NCBI GenBank assembly: GCA_020536535.1
Contig: JAHLWZ010000941.1
Span: forward strand, 1-40,140
Direction of reading: 5' to 3'
From: Pelomyxa schiedti
Taxonomy: Eukaryota; Protista; Evosea
Length of the DNA: 40,140 nucleotides
Part shown: piece after piece, positions 1 through 9,677 of the stretch
How the letters are laid out: every line of letters starts with the position of its first letter
Numbering within the stretch: the first letter of the stretch is position 1
Translations under genes and position numbers: made by a program
Notes under the pieces: model-generated
Told to the model about the DNA's origin: nothing
Database searches by the model: none
Seen by the model: the letters and a program-made list of their open reading frames with translations, nothing else

Positions 1-1352
1 GGGGGGAACTAAGTAAACCCAATAAATAAGCCAGTATCTCATTTGGGCCTCGAGTGCCCTCAGTCCAGTGTAAAATATGCAGCTACCTGTACTGTAACAC
101 TTGCATGAAAAATTTACCAAGAAGATTAACAAATCAGCAAGGTTTTTCTTAAGTTGTTCTATCCTTCAAGTAACACCCTCAACTTAGTTTATGTGGCATG
201 TGCCAAATGCTACGTGCTGGCCAAAACCCTTTTGTTTGATCAGGTTCTTGCCGAAGCTAAAACCTGCCCATTAGCAAGAATCTACTCTGAGCTTGCTGTT
301 TGCTTCCCCCGTTTGAGGCATTAATAACATCCTCCAAGAGAATAAAGACATGCCTGGATTCCGATATGACTCATCACGAGTACCTTGCAAGTGTTGTCTA
401 CACAGGTCCCTCCAAGCCTGGAAAGAAACCAACCGATCTTAGCAGTGTCTGTGAGGCAAGCAATACAAGAACAAGTTTACTTTCTTATATCACATCTTAA
501 AGGAGGCAGCTCGGCACCAATCTGCAGTCATAAATGAAATACGCCAACTTGAAGGTCTTGTTAAGCAAATTACTTCATTGTCAGGGCTGTCACCAACTCA
601 AGAAAAAGTTCGAACCAACTTGCGCTCTGACTGGTATGTTCCCAACATAAAATTGCCCGGACTTATACAATGTTTCAGTGTTTCTTATTTACAGAAAGTC
701 ACATCTCAGTTTCAGAACGTTATGACAGTATTTTTCTTTATCTGATTTCTTTTCTCTTTTTTTGACATTTCTAGAACTTCCAACGGACTGAACTTACTGC
801 ACTTTCGGATGTATATATTGTTCTTGTGCGTTGCATTATGGAGGGAAAGGAAAACGATGGTAACCCTTTCTTTCTTTTTTTTTTCCCCTCAAGTCGTTCA
901 GAGTTTGATGCTTGCTATCGGAAAAAAATGATTGGAGCACTTGAAATTGTTAGACGGTGTGCACCTGCGTCCGCTTCCTTCGTTGCTAACACACATGTGA
1001 AGAGATTTGCAAACTATGGTTTTTGAACATGGTTTGAACTGGGCTGATCACAAAGCCTCCATTGACAACCGCATTACACATTGGGATACCACACAACCTC
1101 CCTTACTCACCAAAGACCGCAAGTCTCTAGGGGAAGATTTTGATTTTTCCGGATACAAAGGGAAAATGATGAGAAAGTGCAAAGAGGTGCTGATGTCATC
1201 CCTTGCAAATCTCAACGCTCAGTCAGAACGAGTATGAACTTCCTCTCCTTTCCACTTAATTCATAGCTCCCAAGGATAAACTATTGCACACCAAAGAGGC
1301 TCTTGCCGGTTTGATTGATGACATGAGTATGAGTTACAAAAGTAGAACGTAA
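1..1352 (+). CDS. 3' part of a FYVE-like zinc-finger protein (multi-exon, rabenosyn/Vac1-like architecture possible); 5' end outside window
   Basis: Manual splicing gives VQCKICSYLYCNTCMKNLPRRLTNQQ|VYVACAKCYVLAKTLLFDQVLAEAKTCPLARIYSELA|RIKTCLDSDM..., i.e. three CxxC pairs then a helical region. Later exons match ORFs 300-500, 826-1026 and 1007-1237. Probable stop TAA at 1350-1352. Confidence 0.5.
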
Positions 1353-1474
1353 ATTGTATTTGGAACGACTAAAGAACAGGAGTTTTTACAAGCCTTTTTT
1401 GTTGGTTCGTTTTTTGGTCTTTTAGGGTTTTTTGGTTGTGTTGCGAGCAAGAAAGCAACTCTTTCTTGCCTGCC

Positions 1475-2620
1475 TCAAATAGAGCACTTGAAACCACCAC
1501 CCCCTACCTTTACGGGCTTGTTTGTTGGTTTCACACCATGAACTGGTGCCTCAACTGCGGAATTAGACAGTCTGGATACTCTAAGTCTTGTGGGGGTACT
1601 TCATCAGCTTACCTGTCCTTTATTGCTCGGGCCATTTTCATGAAGGTCTCCTCCACATTGATATTGGCTTTGGCGGATGCCTCGATGTATGGTATGTCCA
1701 TACTCTCTGCAAAGTCCTGAGGGAGGTAAAAACAAATTTCAAACAGTGAGTAGTAAAGAATGTGCCTTCGCCATGCTTGTTTGTACAACTCGTTGATCCA
1801 CCAAGTCAGTTTTGTTACCAACAAGGAGCTGAGAAGGATAAAAAATTTGGGTGTGCTTATGCCTGAAGTGGCTTACTTTGTTGACATTCTCACAAGCATA
1901 CCGCTCAATTTCACCAAGCCACTGCTTGACGTTCGTGTACGTTTCCATATCTTAGAAATATCACAAGTGAAAGTGGCAGCGCAAAGAAACCTGTGCAATC
2001 GAAAACCAAGATAATTCCTTGCGCACCACGGTAATAAGAGCCTGATCAAGGCTTAATTTGTGAAGGAATAATTCCAAAGGTTATACTGGTTATTGTTCGG
2101 AATCTAGAAAGGATTAGTTATTATGGTGTTTTCAAAATATAAACCTTTCTTGCCCTGCAGTATCCCACTAAAAGATGGAGAGAAGGGTAAGTGTCACAAA
2201 AAGCATTGGTGTATCAAATTAGGTACAATTTGCAGCTTGATGACTTTTCCGTCACAGTTCAACGTTTTAATTTTCTTGAAGGAACGGTAAGTGTTATTGT
2301 CATTTTTTCTTTATTCGGGTGCACACGAAGTCAACGCCGATGGTAGCGATGTGCGTGTCGGTCCAAGCGTCGTCCTAAAAAAAGTGACAAGTTACGACAG
2401 GAAAAAAACCAATTGTGGGATCTACGGCAAATCGTATCAACAAGCAACCTAAGGAGGGAGAAGCAAATAAGAAGGTTAGATGATGTGTGGAGCATGTTCC
2501 AAGCACTTTTTCCAACCCCAGAGTCCCCAATGAGCAAGATCTTGAAGAAATAATCACTAGGGATCGTGAGTTGCAGATAACGAACGCGAAGTTTCGCGCT
2601 ACGTACTGGTCAGCCGCCAT
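1475..2620 (-). CDS. RAB1: Rab1-family small GTPase, about 11 short introns
   Basis: Spliced: [172 protein letters not shown]...GGGGFKCSI*. All G-boxes and RabF motifs are present; RTITSSYYRGA and [16 protein letters not shown] are Rab1-type. Confidence 0.93.
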
Positions 2621-2862
2621 CGCTTCCGATTTTCGATTTTTTTCTCTTTTTTCTGTTTTGCTTTTCTCGGTTTCGCCGTTGATCTCGTGCACTCCGGTTC
2701 TCCTGCAGTCTCCTGATCCAGATCAACCTGTGCTCATCTGCCTACCCTCCAGCTGTTCACCAACGGTTGGAGCACACACCCAGATCGTGGTGATAGGGAT
2801 GGGTCCTCCTTGCTTTCGGGGAAAAAAAGCCTTCATCATTATTCGTCAAAAAAAATAATCAA

Positions 2863-5800
2863 ATGCAGTTCCACTGTAATGTCGGTGTAACCGGCAAAAC
2901 TGGGTGCGGCAAGGTGATTGGTGTTGAGATCTACGTTGTGCCAGTGGACTTAATGTATTGTTTAGTTGCAGTTGGTTTCTGCGTTATGGGATGAGTGTGT
3001 GACAAGATTCCATCACGACAGAAAACAATCTCGTATCACACTACGGTTAAGTACGTTGAAACTTGTTTGCGTGTAAGGCTAGACAAAACAAACCAAAAAC
3101 AAAAAAAGATGGATCTCAGGCAGTTAACCTTGGCTGGCTTGGTGTGCAATTTATCTCACACAACACAACACATAGCACAATCACAAAGGATCTGGAAAGT
3201 CTCATCCTTTAAAAGTAATAGATGAATACTCCTACACGTGGCCCATCGAGAGGTATTTAGCATACAGTGAAACTGGATTTGAACTACTGTGTTTTGATAT
3301 TACCCGACCTGAGACACTGGATTTCCTTGCCAACCGTGTATGTTTCTTTTGCCGAAGTTAAATGTAACTCCAAACAGGTTTTCCCAGAGGTTTATTACAT
3401 AGCCACCCACGAATACTCTCCACCTTGGACCCGGTCTGGGCCCTATATTATTCTTGTTGGCTTGAAACGAGATCTGGCCAACTCCTCTTGTATACCGTAT
3501 CAGTGCTGCAAGAAGGTTGACCTGTACATTCCGTTTAAATACCCACATTAGTTAGTGGGCGTCAGACTTTGGAGCTTTTTGCTATATTGAAGTGTCATCC
3601 TTAGAAAGGAAAAATATTAGTACACTTTTTGACAAGATTCTAGAGATGCTAAGAATACTTGGGCATCACCAGGCTGAACAGCGGGCTGAAAAACCCAAAC
3701 CTTTAAGTGCGATACCGGCATCAATAGATGCCCCTTCTTCGAAGAGTTTTGGCGGGCTAATGAGTACTTGGATGTTTTCAAGTTCTTTCTTTAATATATC
3801 TTCCAGGTCGCTTGTGGAAATCTACCAGTAAAGATGCTATTGGTGAACCTAAACATGCTTTCATCCCCCTCTTTGGGCAGAAGGGAGGCCCAGAGCCTCT
3901 TTTAAGGTCTGTTTTCCAATGAAAAAAAAAACCAAGTGACATATTTTCTTGTAGGTATGGGCATGTTGCCCATTTGTATGAGAGCAATCTTTTTATTTTT
4001 GGAGGTTCGCAATCTGGCCAAGTTGATCTTTTCAGTCTGAAGGACAGAACATGGATTTTGCCATGTTGCATTGGGGAGACATGGCCTGGTACAATGTTCC
4101 CAGCAAGTTGTCATATACAACACAAGGTCTATATCTTTGGTGGTGATGGACACGGAACATCTTTGTCCACTGGCAAGCTCATGGAGTTCGATTTAAGTTT
4201 GAGAAAATGGTCTGTTGTAAACACGCTTACACCTCAACCGCCTGGATGCCGTGGGGCCTCTCTCGTTCAGTGTGTACAGTAACCTCCCTGTGCAAATAAC
4301 ATCATCCTAAGCTGTAACGGAAAACTGTATCTGTTTGGAGGGTTATCACCAGACGGCGTGGCAGAGAATACATTGCATGGTTACTTGTGTTTAGTTTTGG
4401 TTTTCCTCAACGATACAGAATTCGATTTTGAGGCGAGATCCTGGACACTAATTGCAGTTGACACACCTCCACAATTAAGATATCACCACAATGCCTTTGT
4501 ATCAAGGTAGAATTATTGATTTTTAGGAGATAATAAAATCTCAGTAAAGAGAGATTCTGTATATCTATGGTGGGCTTGCACAAGACAATACAAAGCTTGG
4601 GGATTTATGGTCACTAGACTTGAGAAACCTTAGGAGGCCCATGGCAACGGAAACTCCTTTGGTCGCATATACTGAAACCCTCACTTAGATGCATTCTACT
4701 AATGCTCAACAGGATTCTGCAGCACTCTCCACTTCGAGTTGCTCAGCCACGCAGTCTTCTTCAAGTGTCTTCACCCCCGCTACGTCAATACCAATTGTTT
4801 CTTCCATATCCTCTTGGAAACTACTTCCCACCAAAGGAGTGGCCCCAACCCCACAACGGGGTAACGTTGGCTGTTTTTCCGAATCGCTCCAGCAATTTGT
4901 TATTGTCTCTGCAAGAAACAGCAATCCATTTTGCCGTGTTTCCTTGTAAGAGGCAGGAAAGTGCCAATTTATCTCATTTGGCCACAGGTTGGACCTGGGA
5001 GACCTTATTTGGAAGGAACTCGAGACATACCATACACCTGCTGCCCGAGAAGTATGCCTACTGGAGTCCAGTAACCTCTAACTTTTTTGCCCATAGTTCC
5101 ACTCCGTGACTCCAATGGGCACGCATATAATCGTTTGTTCGGGAATGTGGCGCCTGAAAGAGGCTAGTGCCTTAGGAGATGCCTATTTGATTGATGTCAG
5201 TTCTCCCCAAAAAGTAATGTGGGCACTGTCGGATTACTGTTGGCTTTCAATTCTCACATATTTGGCCCCAGAAGATTTGTGCAAACTGGGAAGGGTTGCT
5301 CACCTCTGCCTTCACCCAGCAGCCCTAATCTTGTACTAAGGTGTGTCACAAGTTTTACAGGCTTTGCAGTCTAGATGAGGCGTGGATTCGGCATTTCCGT
5401 ACTCCTTCATCCCCTGCAAGAGACTTGAAATGCGCATGTACTTTATTGCCTCTGACTCTGTTCCATATTCAGAAATTTAAGGGAGAAGTAATTATGGCCG
5501 CATTAGTATCTGGGTCAACCCTACTCCAACAGAGGTGAAGTGCACGGTTGCTGAGTACATTGTATGCATTTTCATTACAAAATTTTTTCTTATTTCTACA
5601 GAAACCTGAACCTCCAGGGTGCTTTTTGGGTGACGGCTTAGTTCTCATGGGCGACTTGTCTTATAAGTTTCTCTATCGTGTTCCAATTGTCTCTAAGCTC
5701 CCCTAGACAGGTAAAGGAAATTAGAAGGGGAGACATTGTCCTCTCGGAGCTACACCGGCGTCGCCAAGTTGTTGATGTACGACGCCGCTGGGTCGGCAAA

Positions 5801-6179
5801 GATTACAACTTGGTATTCTTGAATGGCCTGGGGCTTACCACAGGACACCCTGTGTGGGTGGGGCACAAGTGGGTCCGGCCTGTGGATATCGCAGCCGCAA
5901 CTTTGACCACAGTTGGCTGGATGTATGACTTTGTATTGGATGGAGGACAACATGTGAGCAACAAAATTTTTTCTCAAGACTTGACCAATACAGGTAAGTG
6001 ACCACAGTGTCATCATCAATGGCCTAGTAGTTTGCACACTAGGAAAGAACTGTGGAGAGCAACTTTGCACACAGTACCCAGAAGCTGATTCCAGGTATCC
6101 CTGTCACTCTTTCTTTCACTACAGCTGACTTCCACAAAGGTACGGCAACGGCTTTTGGTTGCGAAATTCTGCTCTGTAA
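2863..6179 (+). CDS. Multidomain protein: degenerate Rho-like GTPase + Kelch repeats + F-box + C-terminal Hint (Vint-type) domain
   Basis: GTPase: VGVTGKTGCGK, LLCFDITRPETLDFL, IILVGLKRDL, YIEVSSLERKNISTLF. Kelch: YGHVAHLYESNLFIFGG, HKVYIFGGDG, GKLYLFGG, RYHHNAF..YIYGG..LGDLWSLDL. F-box: LSDYCWLSILTYLAPEDLCKLGR|VCHKFYRLCSLDEAWIRHF. Hint: G-CFLGDGLVLMGDLSYK|QVKEIRRGDIVLS...LTTGHPVWVGHKWVRP...MYDFVLDGGQH|VSDHSVIINGLVVCTLGKNCG. All parts join with GT-AG introns; stop TAA at 6177-6179. Confidence 0.8.
5620..6060 (+). other. Hint (Vint-like) autoprocessing domain, split by two introns
   Basis: Block A Cys1 (TGC at 5620-5622) in CFLGDGLVLM, block B TxxH (TTGHP), block F YDFVL, terminal NGLVVCTLG. 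Confidence 0.8.
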
Positions 6180-6364
6180 GGCATGTCCAAGCAGTTTGGC
6201 ACTTTTTTTTTGTCTTTCGGGGATTGTGCTTGTTGGTTTTGCAAAGGCGCACATTATCTAAAAAAAAAAAAAAAGGCTGTGGAAGTGCCGTCTCAACGTA
6301 GTTATGACTAAATGGAGGCACCACAAAATGGCAGGCCCACGAGTTTGATCAAAAATCAGGAAAC

Positions 6365-7127
6365 ATGTTGGACGGAGGACGGACAAGTACCACTGCGTCT
6401 GCTTCGGCCGAGTCTGTGTCTGACGCTCTCGCACCGCCACATACTGCCTGTGCTGCGACCTCGGTGAGCAGTGACTGGAGTCGATTCGAAAACAGAATCG
6501 TATGCTCTCATGCAGTACAAAATGTAAGTAGCCAACTGGGGAATAGCGATTGGTCGAAGACCAGTCTAGTAGACATACATTAGAGGTTACCTTTCCACTA
6601 GTAGAGCAGAACTTCCCACTGCCTTCGCTACTGGACTCGATGTTATCCATGGATGATAAGGTACATCTTGTCCCCTATCATTGTTGTCAACATCGTGCTG
6701 CAGGCGTTCTACGACTACTACTTTAACAACGTATTTCCAACCGTCGTGAAGCTACAACAGATAAGACAAGAAAACTTTTTGCTTAAAACACTAATCTCCC
6801 AAGAACAGAAAGCGACGGGGCGGGCTCAAGAGTACAACGCCTCCGATCGTGGTGCAAACGCAATGCCGAGATGGTGGCTATGGCGGACCTGATCTCAGGC
6901 AACCTGTGGGGCTTCGTTGCTGTGTTTCTGGCGATACTGGCACCAGTTCTTGGAGCGGTTGCAAACAAGGCAATACAAAGGGATCTGGTATAAACACACC
7001 AAGAGCTGGCAGAAATTCTACAAGTACTGCTGCAGTTAGTACAACTGAAATTGCGTTAATATCCGCTCGTCCTGGGGATACTGACATCCCTGTCACACAC
7101 CGCAGACCATTTCTCACCTCTGAGTAA
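6365..7127 (+). CDS. Hypothetical protein (multi-exon, tentative)
   Basis: ORF 6365-6583 has a GTAAGT donor near 6524. Pieces such as VEQNFPLPSLLDSMLSMDDK|AFYDYYFNN|NRKRRGGLKSTTPPIVVQ...FLTSE* can be joined. No recognisable domain. Confidence 0.35.
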
Positions 7128-7175
7128 CGTGATTGTATATTGGAATACAGAGTCCTTTTCTTTGTAAAAGCCGAA

Positions 7176-9564
7176 ATGAGCCGCGATGAAAAAACCGGAA
7201 CCGGCAGCAAGTTTGTGGCGTGTCCGGTGTGTGGTGTCAAAGTAGTCATGGCGAACCTCAACGGCCACCTCGACGACCACGAGATGCCGTCCCTCGACGA
7301 CGACGATGCGGACTACAACAAGACCCCCACCAACAACTTGGCGTCACAGCAGCAACCTCAGCCACAAGACAGGGCCGGGGCCACCGCGGCGACGACGACG
7401 GCGGCCCCTCTGACAACAACAACAACAACGGCGACTGCAGCAGCCACGACGGCCTCGCAAGCGAGCGGGTTGCCGCAGCAACAACAACAGCAGCAGCAGC
7501 AGCGTGGTGGGACACCGGTGGGCCCACAGCCGCTGCAGCAGCAGCAGCAGCAGCTGAGGCTGAGCGTGTGCCCCGCGTCGCCTCGGTCTCCCAAGGGCGG
7601 GGCCCTGACGCTCGTCCACCACCCCAGCTCCCCTCACGCCCCGCCGTCGCCCGCGTGCGCGACCAACTTAGTTGTGGGGCCTGGGGCCTGCGGGGCCGCC
7701 TCCCCGCCCTCCCCAAAGAAGCCGAGGACAGGCGGCGTGGTGGCTTCGCCGAACGGCCGAGGTGACGTCGGCACCGCGGCTGCCAATAATAGCTGCGCCG
7801 CCTCTGGGCTGGGCGGCCACTGGACGCCGCCAAATTCGAATTCTAGCAGGGTGGAACAGCAGCAAGTTGCGGCCGACAGCGCAAGGAAAAAGTTCGTCCC
7901 TCTGGCTGAGGCTATGAGGCCAAAATCTCTCGAGGAGTTTGTAGGTCAGGAGGAGGTGATTGGACCAGGTTGTTTTGTTTGGGTGTGCTGGGGTTTATAG
8001 ACCGAGTAACTGGTAATTTTAAAGGGACTATTTTACGCACTGCATTGGAAAAGGATGCAATTCCTTCGTTAATCTTCTGGGGTCCTCCAGGTTATTTCTT
8101 CCCCCTTCATTACAACACTCTTCCTTGCATGTTGACCAAAAGAAAATACAGGAAGTGGTACACATTTATTTTTCTCTTATCTATGTCGTTGTTATTCCTT
8201 CGAATGCCTTCCTGTGTCACATTGATTCAGGAAAAACCACGTTGGCAAGATTAATAGCGAACCACACCAGTTGCAAGTTCATTTCATTGAGTGCAGCAGC
8301 TTGTGGAATAGCTGATGTTAGAGAGGCAGTGAAAACGGCAGCTAACCTTAGATCCTTCAAACAGAAAACCATCGTTTTCATTGATGAGATTCATCGATTT
8401 AATAAGCTACAACAGGTCACTTTTGTCCTTAACTGGGTATCTTTCTCAGTCAGGACCCAGGATGCCTTTCTCCCTCATGTCGAATCAGGACTCATCACTT
8501 TCATTGGAGCAACCACTGAGAATCCCTCTTTTGAAGTGAATGCAGCTTTGCTCAGTAGGTGTATAGTGATTACTCTAAAAAAGCTAACTACCGAGAGTTT
8601 ATTCAAAATCCTGAAAAATGCTTGCGAATTGCAAGGTTTCCCGTAAATTCTTAATTTGGTAACTTCCCTTTTCCTGCAGGACTCAACTCTAATGAAATTA
8701 CGGATCCTCTTACGTTCCTTGCCAATTCCAGTGATGGGGACGCTCGAGCAGCACTGAATATTATCGATTTCATCTTACAGGTTTTTAATTACACACTGCC
8801 TCTCATCTCAGCCTAAGAGTGTCTTAGGCACGTGCCCCCCTTACAGTAGAAACAGCAAAAGAAGCACTACAAAAAAAACACCTGTTGTATGATAAAACTG
8901 GTGAGGAGCACTACAATCTTGTAGGTCTTTATGTTACTTCCGTTTTGTGAAAAGAGAAATTAATACACTCTCAAGATTTCGGCACTTCATAAAAGTATGC
9001 GTGGAAGTGATGTAGACGCCAGCATATATTGGCTTGGGTAAAATCCAAAAATTTCTATTCCACCCAGTTATTCCCATAAAGGCGCATGTTGGCAGGTGGA
9101 GAGGACCCCTTATATATCGCGCGGCGAATGGTCCGATTTGCTTCCGAAGGTACAGTACACACCCTCCAACACCAACAACCACACCCACCTTTCCCCCCAA
9201 CAAAACAACAAAAGACATTGGACTCGCTGATCCCAATGCACTTACACAGGCTGTTGCGGGATTCCAGGCCGCGCACATGCTGGGAATGCCCGAGTGTGAT
9301 GTATGCCTCACCCAAGTGGCTGCCTATCTGGCCAAGGCACCCAAGTCAATAGCTGTCTATGACGCCCTCAGCCGGGTCAAGGACGAAGTTTCGTCATCCG
9401 GATCACTGCCGGTTCCGCTGCACCTCCGAAACGCTCCCACAAGTCTTATGAAGGACCTTGGGTACGGCTCTGGATACAAATACAACCCGGCTTTTACTGA
9501 GCCGGTGGAACAGCAGTACCTACCAGAAGCCTTACAAGGTAAATTTCACTGCTGGAAAAGCTGA
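7176..9564 (+). CDS. WRNIP1: WRNIP1/Mgs1 (RarA/MgsA-family AAA+ ATPase) with N-terminal UBZ zinc finger and polyQ/T linker
   Basis: [21 protein letters not shown]; [22 protein letters not shown]; [16 protein letters not shown]; [24 protein letters not shown]; [19 protein letters not shown]; [12 protein letters not shown]; [25 protein letters not shown]; [26 protein letters not shown]. Confidence 0.95.
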
Positions 9565-9677
9565 TTGATGCCAAAACGAAGAATCTCTTAGTTCTGGACT
9601 TTAGAAGTGAATGCTTTTTGAGGAGAAAAAAGATACAGTGTTGCCAAAAAGTTTAATTTTATTGTGGTTTTTTTGGG

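Noticed and set aside
5620-6179. Classical intein or homing element in the F-box gene
   Set aside because: There is no terminal His-Asn followed by Cys/Ser/Thr, no endonuclease and no substantial C-extein. It fits a Vint/Hedgehog-type Hint domain instead.
7220-7917. Multiple overlapping ORFs on both strands (poly-Ala, poly-Cys, poly-Leu)
   Set aside because: They are by-products of the GC-rich CAG/ACA repeats in WRNIP1 exon 1.
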